64,000 nucleotides of DNA, from positions 34,077 through 98,076 of the forward strand of contig JAWLCS010000004.1 of assembly GCA_041687035.1 (NCBI GenBank), written 5' to 3'. The position numbers were made by a program, and so were the translations under genes. Source of the stretch: Bacteroidales bacterium (GTDB lineage Bacteria; Bacteroidota; Bacteroidia; Bacteroidales; UBA7960). The notes beneath the pieces are model-generated. The model was not told the origin of the DNA, made no database searches, and worked only from the letters and a program-made list of their open reading frames with translations. Below, one piece after another: positions 36,875 to 46,371 of this stretch (its first letter is position 1; each line of letters starts with the position of its first letter).

Positions 36875-37662
36875 TCAGAAAAATACTCAACATATTGCTT
36901 CTGATTGCCCTCCCGGCAGGTTTGTTTGTGCTGCTAGGCTTTGCCGTAGAACAAAACAACCAGCTACCCAGCAGCCCTTTGCAGGTAAGTGTCGATTACC
37001 GCTGCGGACATCATTTCATTCAACCCGAAACGGTGAGAGCCAAGGTGCTGAATGCAACCAGTGAAATTGAAGGAAAACCCATGGCCGAAGGCAAACTGAG
37101 GCAGATAGAGTCAGTGGTTACAGGGATTCCCTATGTGCAAAAGGCCAGTGTTTTTCGTAACATCAATGGCGAGTTGCATGTAACCATCACTCAGCGGCAA
37201 CCTATATTAAGGGTAATCAATGCTCACAACCAAGGTTTTTATATCGACCGTGCAGGCCGCATGATGCCCCTCAGCGACGATTACACCGCAAGGGTGTTGG
37301 TTGCCACAGGCCACATCAATGCAGGCTATTCGCCATTGACCGATTTGCTCGAGGAAAAAGATCCACGCGAAATATCGTCGAACGAGCAAAGGCTGCGGAA
37401 TTTGCACCGTTTGGCCATTTTTATTGAAAACGACCCCTTCTGGAATGCCTTTATAGATCATGTTTATGTGACCCCCAGCGGACAGTTCGAACTCACCCCG
37501 AAAAACGGCGGACACATAGTGGAGTTTGGAGGCATTGACCAAATGGAACATAAATTCAAAAAACTCATGGTGTTTTACCAAAATGGCCTGACAAGAACAG
37601 GATGGAGCCATTACAGAAGGATAAATGTGAAGTATAGTAACCAGGTAATTTGTTCTAAATAG
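36871..37662 (+). CDS. ftsQ: Cell-division protein FtsQ
   Basis: ATGA overlap with murC. It has an N-terminal TM helix (ILNILLLIALPAGLFVLLGFAV) followed by a POTRA/FtsQ-like body, and it sits between murC and ftsA. Confidence 0.7.
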   Translation: MIRKILNILLLIALPAGLFVLLGFAVEQNNQLPSSPLQVSVDYRCGHHFIQPETVRAKVLNATSEIEGKPMAEGKLRQIESVVTGIPYVQKASVFRNINGELHVTITQRQPILRVINAHNQGFYIDRAGRMMPLSDDYTARVLVATGHINAGYSPLTDLLEEKDPREISSNEQRLRNLHRLAIFIENDPFWNAFIDHVYVTPSGQFELTPKNGGHIVEFGGIDQMEHKFKKLMVFYQNGLTRTGWSHYRRINVKYSNQVICSK

Positions 37663-37669
37663 AATTGTT

Positions 37670-38938
37670 ATGACACAATCAGAAATTGTCGCCGGACTAG
37701 ACATTGGGTCAACCAAGATCGCTTGCATCGTTGGCCGTAAAAACGAGTATGGAAAAGTAGAGATTTTAGGTCTCGGGCGGTCCGACTCACTGGGAGTAAA
37801 CCGCGGAGTGGTCGAAAACATACAGGACACAGTCGATTCAATATTAAAAGCTGTGGAGGAGGCCAGCAAAGCTTCTGACATCGACATTAAGCTGGTAAAC
37901 GTGGGCATTGCCGGGCAGCACATCCGCAGCCTTCAGCACCGAGGCAGCATAATGCGCAACAGCCTTGACGAGGAGATTGCCCAGGACGATGTGACCAGCC
38001 TCATCGAAAATATGTACAAGCTGGTGCTGCCTCCCGGGGAAGAGATAATACACGTAATTCCACAGGATTTCATTATCGACAACCAGCAGCGTACACGTCA
38101 GCCCATCGGCATGTCAGGCATTTGCCTGGAAGCTAATTTCCACATTATCACCGGGCAGGTGGCAGCCGCCAAGAACATTGAGAAGTGCGTAAAGAAGGCA
38201 GGGCTCGAGATTTCAAGCATGATTCTTGAACCCCTGGCCTCGGCCGAATCAGTGCTAAGCAACGAAGAAAAAGAAGCAGGGGTGGCCCTGGTCGATATTG
38301 GCGGGGGCACCACCGACATTGCCATTTTTCAGGATGATATCATTCGCCACACTGCAGTGATCCCGCTTGGTGGCAATGTAATTACCGACGATGTAAAGGA
38401 GGGCTGCTCCATCATTCGCAGCCAGGCCGAAGAGCTAAAGAAAATGTTTGGCTCTGCCCTGGCCAGCGAAAACAAAGACGAGGAGATCATCTCCATACCC
38501 GGAATCAGGGGACGCGGCGCCAAAGAAATTTCGCGGAAAAATCTGGCCCATATCATCCAGGCCCGCATGGAAGAAATCATTGAACACGTTTTGTACGAAA
38601 TAAAAAACTCGGGCTTCGAGAAAAAACTTATTGCCGGCATTGTGTTAACAGGTGGCGGCAGCCAGCTTCGCCATGCCGCACAACTTACCGAGTTTATTAC
38701 CGGCATGGATACACGTATTGGCTACCCCAACGAACACCTAGCCAAGACGCTTTCGGGCGAAAATGGAAGTCCAATGCATGCAACAGGCATCGGCCTGGTA
38801 ATAAAAGGCCTTGACAATAAGGAGATTAGAAAGAGAGGACAAAACACCAAAACACCCAGACCCCTGATAAAGGGCAACTTCTTCTCGAAGTTGTTCGATC
38901 AAGGTAAGGAATTCTTTGAAAAAGATCAACCCATTTAG
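37670..38938 (+). CDS. ftsA: Cell-division protein FtsA
   Basis: Actin-fold motifs GLDIGSTKIACIVG, DIGGGTTDIAIF and VLTGGGSQL are present. Confidence 0.9.
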   Translation: MTQSEIVAGLDIGSTKIACIVGRKNEYGKVEILGLGRSDSLGVNRGVVENIQDTVDSILKAVEEASKASDIDIKLVNVGIAGQHIRSLQHRGSIMRNSLDEEIAQDDVTSLIENMYKLVLPPGEEIIHVIPQDFIIDNQQRTRQPIGMSGICLEANFHIITGQVAAAKNIEKCVKKAGLEISSMILEPLASAESVLSNEEKEAGVALVDIGGGTTDIAIFQDDIIRHTAVIPLGGNVITDDVKEGCSIIRSQAEELKKMFGSALASENKDEEIISIPGIRGRGAKEISRKNLAHIIQARMEEIIEHVLYEIKNSGFEKKLIAGIVLTGGGSQLRHAAQLTEFITGMDTRIGYPNEHLAKTLSGENGSPMHATGIGLVIKGLDNKEIRKRGQNTKTPRPLIKGNFFSKLFDQGKEFFEKDQPI

Positions 38939-39037
38939 TCCGATCTTATTAACAATAAGGCGGAAAAACCTGTTAATAAAAGAACAAATTTCCGCCTACC
39001 CTTTTTGCTTAAAATATTTACCTTCAACCCGAAAATT

Positions 39038-40570
39038 ATGACCAAAGAAATGATCAAATTCGACCTGCCAAAAAACCAGTCGTCCATTATTAAAGTGCTG
39101 GGAGTTGGTGGCGGTGGCAGCAATGCTGTGAACCATATGTTCAAGCAAGGTATTGAAGGTGTTGACTTCCTTGTGTGCAATACCGACAGCCAGGCGCTCG
39201 ATACGAGCCCAGTTCCCAACAAAATACAACTTGGCGTAAGCCTTACCGAGGGCCGTGGGGCTGGAAGCCTTCCCGAAGTGGGTAAAAATGCCGCCATTGA
39301 GGACCTGGAACGCATCAAGGAAGTGCTTGACAAAGGTACAAAAATGCTGTTTATAACCGCCGGAATGGGCGGTGGCACCGGCACCGGCGCAGCCCCTGTG
39401 ATTGCAAGCGCGTCAAAGGAAATGGGCATCCTCACTGTTGGTATCGTAACCATTCCGTTTATGTTTGAGGGCCGTAAGCGACGCCAGCAAGCCGAAGAAG
39501 GAATAAAACAGCTGCAGGAGCATGTAGATACCTTATTGGTAATCTGCAACGACCGCCTGCGCGAACTTTACGGTAATCTTTCGGTAAGCGAAGCCTTTGC
39601 ACGTGCCGACAATGTGCTCACAACGGCTGCCAAAGGCATTGCAGAAATCATTACCCTTACGGGAAATATCAATGTTGACTTTGCCGATGTGCGCACCGTT
39701 ATGTCGAACAGCGGCGTGGCCATCATGGGAAGCGGAAGTGCCGAAGGCGAGAATCGCGCCATCAAAGCCATTGAAACCGCCCTCTCCTCGCCCCTGCTCA
39801 ACGACAACCACATCAAGGGTGCAAAAAATATTCTGCTTAACATTACCAGCGGAACCGAAGAGATTCTAATGGACGAGATCACCGAGATCACCGACTATAT
39901 TCAGGAAGAATCGGGTTCTACCGCCGAAATTATTTGGGGTCTGGGTAAGGACGAATCGCTTGGCAGCAAGATTAATGTAACCCTTGTTGCCACCGGCTTC
40001 GCCTCCGGCAAGGCTTTTCAAACCGAACAGATACCTGAAAAAAAAGTGGTAAAAATGAGCCAAAGCCCCGCACCCGTTAACCAACATTCCGGCGAGGCCG
40101 AAAACAACTCTGGCAAACCATTTATCAAGCAGGCTACCCCCACTGAAAAGCCCGCCGAAACCAAACCCGACGTAAGACCAGAGCAGGCTCCCGTTACCTT
40201 TGAATTCCCCGTTTCGGAAAGCGATAATCCAACGCCAGTGCCTGAAACCAGGATGCAGAGTTTCGAACGGCCCCCACAAGAAACCCGTTACGACGACGAG
40301 CCCACCACCAATCCTGTTTCGGAGGCCGAGCTGCAACGTAAAATGAGGGAACGTGAACAAAGACTGCGCGAACTCAGCATGAAACTCAAAACCCCCGAAG
40401 GCCTCCAAGACCTGGAAAGGCAGCCGGCTTTCGTGAGACGCAACGTAGTGCTAAACAACACACCACTCAGCTCAGAGTCGCAGGTGTCAAGGTATACGCT
40501 AAACGAAGGCGACGACAATACAACCCAGATAAAATCGAACAATTCGTTTCTTCACGATAATGTAGACTAA
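39038..40570 (+). CDS. ftsZ: Cell-division GTPase FtsZ with long disordered linker
   Basis: I used the ATG at 39038 rather than the TTG start of the track ORF. VLGVGGGGSNAVNHM and the tubulin signature AGMGGGTGTGAAPVIA are present. A roughly 170-aa P/E/T-rich linker precedes the C-terminal peptide. Confidence 0.95.
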   Translation: MTKEMIKFDLPKNQSSIIKVLGVGGGGSNAVNHMFKQGIEGVDFLVCNTDSQALDTSPVPNKIQLGVSLTEGRGAGSLPEVGKNAAIEDLERIKEVLDKGTKMLFITAGMGGGTGTGAAPVIASASKEMGILTVGIVTIPFMFEGRKRRQQAEEGIKQLQEHVDTLLVICNDRLRELYGNLSVSEAFARADNVLTTAAKGIAEIITLTGNINVDFADVRTVMSNSGVAIMGSGSAEGENRAIKAIETALSSPLLNDNHIKGAKNILLNITSGTEEILMDEITEITDYIQEESGSTAEIIWGLGKDESLGSKINVTLVATGFASGKAFQTEQIPEKKVVKMSQSPAPVNQHSGEAENNSGKPFIKQATPTEKPAETKPDVRPEQAPVTFEFPVSESDNPTPVPETRMQSFERPPQETRYDDEPTTNPVSEAELQRKMREREQRLRELSMKLKTPEGLQDLERQPAFVRRNVVLNNTPLSSESQVSRYTLNEGDDNTTQIKSNNSFLHDNVD

Positions 40571-40631
40571 TCCTTTTTCCGGTTTCTCTAATAAACTTTT
40601 GTTCCATATTCTTTTGGTTTTGTTTTCTCAG

Positions 40632-40662
40632 AAAAAGCCGGCATGTCCGGCTTTTTCTTTTT
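40632..40662 (+). terminator. Rho-independent terminator ending the dcw operon
   Basis: aaaaagccgg-catgt-ccggctttttcttttt. Confidence 0.7.
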
Positions 40663-40732
40663 AAATCCCAAGCTCTCAACTTTTCTTCGTAAATTTGCAC
40701 CCAATAAAAAGTATTTGAACCGATTACCTCCA

Positions 40733-41203
40733 ATGAAAAAAATCAGCATCCTTAGTCCGGTCAAATGGCTGGCCCTGCTCACAATAGTTATTATGGTAAC
40801 CGCTTGTGGCTCTGACGACCCAGAAAAGCAAGCAGAAAAAGATCGCCAGAAGATAATTGAATATATTGAGAAAAACGACCTCGATGCCCACGAACTCGAA
40901 TCGGGCGTTTTTTATGTGATCAACAAAACAGGCAATGGGGCATTCCCAACTGAAACATCTTCGGTAATCATTAACTACAGTGGCAAGTTGCTCAGCGGAA
41001 AAGATTTTGGAGGCGCCAACAACGCCACCTTCCACCTGCAAAACACCATTCTGGGGTTCCGTTATGGAATTCCAATGTTCAACCGGGGCAGCAATGGCAT
41101 CCTGATCATTCCATCTGGACTGGGCTATGGCCCAAATGGTTCATATACTATTCCGCCTAATGCGGTACTGGTTTACGATATCGAAATGATTGATTTCAAT
41201 TAA
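40733..41203 (+). CDS. FKBP-type peptidyl-prolyl cis-trans isomerase lipoprotein
   Basis: I used the internal ATG 40733. The lipobox is LTIVIMVTACGS. The FKBP core reads VIINYSGKLLSGKDFG...GFRYGIPMF...LIIPSGLGYGPNG...PPNAVLVYDIEMIDF. Confidence 0.85.
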   Translation: MKKISILSPVKWLALLTIVIMVTACGSDDPEKQAEKDRQKIIEYIEKNDLDAHELESGVFYVINKTGNGAFPTETSSVIINYSGKLLSGKDFGGANNATFHLQNTILGFRYGIPMFNRGSNGILIIPSGLGYGPNGSYTIPPNAVLVYDIEMIDFN

Positions 41204-41278
41204 TCCCATCTTTTTAAATTTTTTTCTGTAAAGGCTCAAAAACAATTGTTAATTTTGCAGCCAAAATAATTCATAACA

Positions 41279-41560
41279 ATGGCAAGCATCAAGAACCTAA
41301 AGAAAGACCTTAATTACCTGATCGACGAAGTGATCGGTACCTGCATGATTCACCAGTATACTCAGCAGGACAAGCAAGAGGAGCTGGATCAGATCATAAC
41401 CGAGATGATCGAGTACCGCGAAAGCCTTATCACCCGCATCAATAATCCTGAGGTGAATGAAAACGGTCAAAGCCTGCGGAACTACTACCGGGCACTGTTT
41501 GATGAGTTGCTTGAGAAAATTAATGGCGCTTTTGACAAACTGAACAAGATAGCCGGCTAA
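41279..41560 (+). CDS. Hypothetical small helical protein (93 aa)
   Basis: This is a clean ORF flanked by a terminator. No motif was recognised. Confidence 0.5.
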   Translation: MASIKNLKKDLNYLIDEVIGTCMIHQYTQQDKQEELDQIITEMIEYRESLITRINNPEVNENGQSLRNYYRALFDELLEKINGAFDKLNKIAG

Positions 41561-41583
41561 GCCTGGCATTCTGAAAAGTTACG

Positions 41584-41607
41584 AAGGCGCTTCCAGCGCC
41601 TTTTTTT
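41584..41607 (+). terminator. Rho-independent terminator
   Basis: aaggcgct-tcc-agcgccttttttt. Confidence 0.65.
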
Positions 41608-41623
41608 GTAGAAACCAACCTTT

Positions 41624-42304
41624 ATGTGCGGCCGTTATTCGATAAGTAAAAAAGCCAGGGAAATTGGCGATCATTTCAGCGTTAGCATTCCTGCTGCCTT
41701 TGATGGCAGGCACTTCAATGCTGCACCCACCCAACCCTTGCCGGTAATCACCATGGACCAGCCGGCAAACTTGCAGCTTTTTCGCTGGGGGCTGCAGCCA
41801 GGCTGGCAAAACACCACAGGAGCACCGCCCATTGTGATCAATGCCCGCTCCGAGTCGCTGCACCACAAAAAAATGTTTTCAGTACTGCTTCCCCGAAAGC
41901 GTTGCCTGATTCCTGCCGATGGTTTTTTTGAATGGGAAAAACTTGGAAAAACAAAACAACCTTGGCGCTTTGTACTCAAAAATGAAGGCCTTTTTGCTTT
42001 TGCAGGACTTTTTGACCAGCTGGTACAGCCCGATGGCTCCGCTACTTATGCCTTTACCATTGTCACCACCAATGCCAATGAATTACTGCGAGGCATTCAC
42101 GACCGCATGCCTGTTATCCTCGGTAAAAAGGAAAGCCTGGCATGGCTGAATGAAACCGAAACAGAAAAACTCAATGACCTACTCGTTCCTTTCCCTTCCG
42201 GGGAAATGGAAAGCTACAAAGTGTCGCCCAAAGTTAACAGTGCGGCATTGAATACCCCTGAATTAATAAAACCATGGCAGGATCCAAACCTGACACTTTT
42301 TTAA
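41624..42304 (+). CDS. SOS-response-associated peptidase (SRAP/YedK family, abasic-site processing)
   Basis: The N-terminus is MCGRY (Cys2), followed by NARSES, IPADGFFEW and HDRMPVIL. Confidence 0.85.
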   Translation: MCGRYSISKKAREIGDHFSVSIPAAFDGRHFNAAPTQPLPVITMDQPANLQLFRWGLQPGWQNTTGAPPIVINARSESLHHKKMFSVLLPRKRCLIPADGFFEWEKLGKTKQPWRFVLKNEGLFAFAGLFDQLVQPDGSATYAFTIVTTNANELLRGIHDRMPVILGKKESLAWLNETETEKLNDLLVPFPSGEMESYKVSPKVNSAALNTPELIKPWQDPNLTLF

Positions 42305-42347
42305 CGGATTTACCGTTGACTTTTAAACACCTCAATTTTAGAAACGA

Positions 42348-43730
42348 ATGAGAAACACATCTGCCAGGCCCGGTGGAGACCGACGTAACGCACGTCCGGG
42401 CCGCCCTGGCTCAAAAAACACCGGAAAAAGCACCGGCCGTGAGGCCCGTTCCGACAGGCCCCACACAGAGGGCCGCCCTTTCAAAAAAGATCGTCCTTTT
42501 TCTAAAGAACGGCCTTATTCAAAAGATCGTCCCGAATCGGGCGATCGCAAATTCTCCAAAGACAAACCCTTTTCAAAAGATCGTCCCAAAACGGGCGATC
42601 GCAAATTTTCCAGGGAAAGACCTTATTCGAAAGATCGTCCCGAATCAGGCGACCGCACATTCTCCAGGGAAAAACCTTTTTCGAAAGACCACCCAGCGAC
42701 AGGCGACCGCAAATTCTCAAGGGAAAAACCCTTCTCGAAAGATCGCCCCGCGACAGGCGACCGTAAATTCTCCAGGGAAAAACCTTTCTCAAAAGACCGC
42801 CCACAGACCGGCGAACGCAGGCAAACCTCCGGGAGACCTAAATCCGGTGAAGGTTCTGGCAGAGGCGATCGCAGCTACTCCTCCGACAGGCCCTATTCAA
42901 GTGACCGTGCGGAGCGTGGCGAGCGCAGCTACTCAAAAGACCGCCCGGCCTCCGGACGCCCTTATGCCAAAAGCAAAACCAGCCGCAGCAGCAAAGAACC
43001 CCGCAGAATACTCGACGACAGCAGCAGGCTGAATAAATTCATTGCCAATGCAGGTGTTTGCTCCAGGCGCGAAGCCGATATGCTTATAAAAAACGGCGCA
43101 ATTACCGTAAACGGAGAAATTGTTACCGAAATGGGCATTAAAGTAAAGCCCGGCGACGTGGTGATGTATGGCACCCAGCGCCTTATTAATGAAAAGAAAG
43201 TTTATATTCTGCTCAACAAGCCAAAGGATTATATAACCACTTCCGACGACCCTCAAGACCGCAAAACCGTGCTTGAGCTCATCAGAAATGCCGGTCGCGA
43301 GCGCGTGTACCCCGTGGGAAGGCTCGACCGCAACACCACCGGGCTTCTGCTCCTTACAAACGATGGCGAGCTGGCAAAAAAGCTCACGCACCCCAGGCAT
43401 GGCGTCAGAAAACTTTACCACGTGCACCTCGATCAGGCCGTTACAAAAGCCGATCTGGAACAAATTGCCAAAGGTGTGAAGATTGAAGATAACCTTGTAG
43501 TGCCAGATGCCGTATCATATATTGATAAGGCCGAAACCAAGAAGGAGGTTGGCATTGAATTACACTCGGGACAGAATAGGGTGGTTAGGCGGCTCTTCGA
43601 ACAGTTTGGCTATAAGGTAACAAAACTCGATCGCGTGGTTTTTGCAGGTCTGACCAAAAAGGACCTGCCCCGCGGCAAGTGGCGTTTCCTTACCGAAAAA
43701 GAGGTAAACTACCTGAGAATGCTTGGGTAA
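42348..43730 (+). CDS. rluB: RluB-like 23S rRNA pseudouridine synthase with long basic repeat N-terminal extension
   Basis: The S4 domain (RLNKFIANAGVCSRREADMLIKNGAITVNG) and the catalytic motif PVGRLDRNTTGLLLLTNDG are present. The first roughly 215 aa are R/K/S/D/P-rich repeats. Confidence 0.8.
   Translation: MRNTSARPGGDRRNARPGRPGSKNTGKSTGREARSDRPHTEGRPFKKDRPFSKERPYSKDRPESGDRKFSKDKPFSKDRPKTGDRKFSRERPYSKDRPESGDRTFSREKPFSKDHPATGDRKFSREKPFSKDRPATGDRKFSREKPFSKDRPQTGERRQTSGRPKSGEGSGRGDRSYSSDRPYSSDRAERGERSYSKDRPASGRPYAKSKTSRSSKEPRRILDDSSRLNKFIANAGVCSRREADMLIKNGAITVNGEIVTEMGIKVKPGDVVMYGTQRLINEKKVYILLNKPKDYITTSDDPQDRKTVLELIRNAGRERVYPVGRLDRNTTGLLLLTNDGELAKKLTHPRHGVRKLYHVHLDQAVTKADLEQIAKGVKIEDNLVVPDAVSYIDKAETKKEVGIELHSGQNRVVRRLFEQFGYKVTKLDRVVFAGLTKKDLPRGKWRFLTEKEVNYLRMLG
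42540..42809 (+). repeat. Five in-frame tandem 54-bp repeats (18-aa unit GDRKFS(R/K)(E/D)KPFSKDRPxT) within rluB
   Basis: The units are 42540..42593, 42594..42647, 42648..42701, 42702..42755 and 42756..42809. Each begins GGCGA(T/C)CG. Degenerate half-units flank them from about 42470 to 42830. Confidence 0.9.
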
Positions 43731-43750
43731 AAAACAAATGAAGTAAAACT

Positions 43751-46351
43751 ATGGAGCAGACAGGGCTCAGTAAAAAACAGATGACACTGAAATTCCTGAA
43801 AATTGCAGGAATATCGGGCGGGCTGTTTATTGTAACCCTTTTTCTGATCCTGAGTCTGCTGGCCCTGATCTTCCAAAACAAGATCAAAGACATTGTGGTG
43901 GAAAACATCAACCGCAACCTCACCGCCGAGGTTGTGGTTGATAATATTAAACTCGACCTCATCCGTCGCTTTCCGCTGGCTTCGGTTACCTTTTCAGGGA
44001 TAAAAGTTGCAGAGCCCGGAAAACAACTCAGCGATGAATTGCTGCTCGAAGCCAGCAGGGTGTACCTGAAATTCAACCTCTGGGGCCTTTTGCTTGGTAA
44101 CTATACCATACGTGAGGTAGAGGTAAACCGGGCAAAACTCATGCTGCAGATCAGCAAGGAAGGCAAACCCAATTACGAAATCTGGGAAAAAGATGAAGAT
44201 TCGGCTGAAGGGGAATTTGCCTTCGACCTGAAAAAAGTCTTGCTCAATGGTGTCCATTTTATTTATCATGACCTTGCCGGCAACCACCTTGTTGACCTCG
44301 ACATTGGCAGGGCCACCATGAGCGGAAATTTCCGCAATGATTTTTTTCAACTGACCGCCCGCGGAAATCTCATGGCACAGATGCTGGCCATCGACTCGGC
44401 GGTATTTATCAGGGAAAGGCCTGTGGAGCTCGACATGATCCTGGAGGTAAATAACTATCGCGAGTTTGTTTTCAAGAAAGGCAACCTTAAGATCAACAAG
44501 AATGCCTTTGATGTAACCGGCAGCATGGCCAACCTCGAAGAAGGCCTGTTATTCGATACTTATATTGCCGGCAATCAGCTTCAGCTTGGTCAGTTGCTGG
44601 GTGATCTTCCGGAAGCCCTTTTGCCTTATGTGGAGGGTTACCGCGGAAAGGGCTCCCTTAAGGCGGAAGCCGAAATAATAGGCCTGCTGAGTGCATCAGA
44701 AAACCCGCATATAAGCCTTGTCTTCAATGTGTCGGGCGGAGGGTTGCAACACAGGGCCAGCGGTCTGGATCTCCGCAAGATGGACTTCGACGGCACCTTC
44801 AACAACGGAACGGCAAACAGGCTTTCTACCTCCACCCTTTCGTTTTCCGATTTCCATACCACCATCAACAAGGGGGTGTTACGCGGCAATTTTACCATGT
44901 TCGACTTCACCAAGCCCCGACTCGATTTCAAAATATTTGCCGATGCTGATGCCGGCGACCTGGTGAAGCTGTTTCGCATCGACACCATAAGCAAGGCAAA
45001 AGGCAGAATACATATGGATATGAGCTTCAAGGGTGGCATGAGCGAAAAAAACCGCTTCACCGGCCAGGACTTTGTATCAGCCAGGGCCACCGGCACCTTC
45101 AACTACGAGAATTTATCGTTCGAAATTAAAGAAAACCCCCTGGCTTTCCGCGAATTTAACGGGGACTTTCTCTTCAGCAACAACGACCTGGTAATCGAAA
45201 ACTTCAGCGGCCATGCCGGAAGCAGCGACTTCGAACTAAAGGGTTACTTCCGCAATGTGCTGCCATTCCTTTTTCTCGAAAACGAAAAAATCAATATTGT
45301 TGCCAGCCTCTACAGCAACAACCTCAACTTCAACGAATTGCTCAAATACAGCGTAAGCGGTAACGACACCACCTACCGGCTGAGCTTTTCCGACCGCCTG
45401 GGTTTTAACCTCGAAGCCAATGTGGTGCATCTTACTTTCAGAAAATTTGAAGCTACCCATGTAATGGGAAGGGCTAATCTACAAAACAAACGCTTTCTGG
45501 CGCAGGATGTAGCATTCCGCTCCATGGACGGGCAAGTCAGGGCTTCTGGTTATATCGACGGAATACGCGACGACTACTTTACCGTGGGTTGCGAAGCCCA
45601 TATAACCGGGGTGGATATCAATAAGCTTTTTTATCAAATGGGCAATTTCGGGCAGGAGAGCATTACCGATGAGCACATTTTCGGAAATATGACTGCCGAG
45701 GTACAGTTCTCGAGCCGCTGGACACCATCCCTCGATGTAGATTACGGAAGCATAGAAACCATTGCCAACATGCGGGTGGAGCAGGGCGCCCTCATCGACT
45801 TTGAACCCATGCTGGCCCTCTCGCGCTTCCTAAGGGTCGACGACCTGGACAAGGTAACCTTTTCGACCCTAGAAAACCAGATCAGGATCAAAGATCAGAA
45901 AATTTTCATCCCCGACATGGAGATCAGCTCCAGCGCACTGAACCTGAAACTATCCGGTGAGCATACTTTCGAAAACCAAATAGACTACCGCTTACAGATA
46001 CTGCTCAGCGAAATCCTCTCGCGCAAGAACCGCCAAAGCCGCAACCCCCAAGAGCAGTACGGCGATATTATCGACGATGGGCTGGGGCGCACCACCTTGT
46101 TTCTGCGCCTTACCGGCACCACCGACGAGCCCGTGTTTCGCTACGACACCCAGGGCGTGCGCGAAAAAATGCGCGACAACCTAAGGCGCGAGGGGCAAAA
46201 CCTGCGCGATGCCTTCAGACGAGAATTCGGAGGCAGCCAGCAACCGGCAGAACCCGCTAACATTAATGAACCCGACACCCGCGAAAACACCCGTCGCAGA
46301 AGAAGAACCGATACCCGCTTCGAAATTGAATGGGATGAAGACGGACCCTGA
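43751..46351 (+). CDS. AsmA/TamB-like large envelope protein
   Basis: 866 aa with an N-terminal TM anchor (GISGGLFIVTLFLILSLLALIF), a long beta-rich body and a charged C-terminal tail (RRRRRTDTRFEIEWDEDGP). The call rests on architecture only. Confidence 0.55.
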   Translation: MEQTGLSKKQMTLKFLKIAGISGGLFIVTLFLILSLLALIFQNKIKDIVVENINRNLTAEVVVDNIKLDLIRRFPLASVTFSGIKVAEPGKQLSDELLLEASRVYLKFNLWGLLLGNYTIREVEVNRAKLMLQISKEGKPNYEIWEKDEDSAEGEFAFDLKKVLLNGVHFIYHDLAGNHLVDLDIGRATMSGNFRNDFFQLTARGNLMAQMLAIDSAVFIRERPVELDMILEVNNYREFVFKKGNLKINKNAFDVTGSMANLEEGLLFDTYIAGNQLQLGQLLGDLPEALLPYVEGYRGKGSLKAEAEIIGLLSASENPHISLVFNVSGGGLQHRASGLDLRKMDFDGTFNNGTANRLSTSTLSFSDFHTTINKGVLRGNFTMFDFTKPRLDFKIFADADAGDLVKLFRIDTISKAKGRIHMDMSFKGGMSEKNRFTGQDFVSARATGTFNYENLSFEIKENPLAFREFNGDFLFSNNDLVIENFSGHAGSSDFELKGYFRNVLPFLFLENEKINIVASLYSNNLNFNELLKYSVSGNDTTYRLSFSDRLGFNLEANVVHLTFRKFEATHVMGRANLQNKRFLAQDVAFRSMDGQVRASGYIDGIRDDYFTVGCEAHITGVDINKLFYQMGNFGQESITDEHIFGNMTAEVQFSSRWTPSLDVDYGSIETIANMRVEQGALIDFEPMLALSRFLRVDDLDKVTFSTLENQIRIKDQKIFIPDMEISSSALNLKLSGEHTFENQIDYRLQILLSEILSRKNRQSRNPQEQYGDIIDDGLGRTTLFLRLTGTTDEPVFRYDTQGVREKMRDNLRREGQNLRDAFRREFGGSQQPAEPANINEPDTRENTRRRRRTDTRFEIEWDEDGP

Positions 46352-46371
46352 CAAGCCAAAATGCCAATTGC

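Noticed and set aside
37207-37923. 238-aa minus-strand ORF spanning the ftsQ/ftsA junction
   Set aside because: It lies antisense to two strongly supported division genes and is codon-aligned with ftsQ. No motifs were recognised.
42373-43032. 219-aa alternative-frame ORF and 100-aa antisense ORF (42502..42804) inside the rluB repeat region
   Set aside because: Both frames stay open only because of the 54-bp tandem repeats. The frame continuous with the S4 and pseudouridine synthase domains is the real one.
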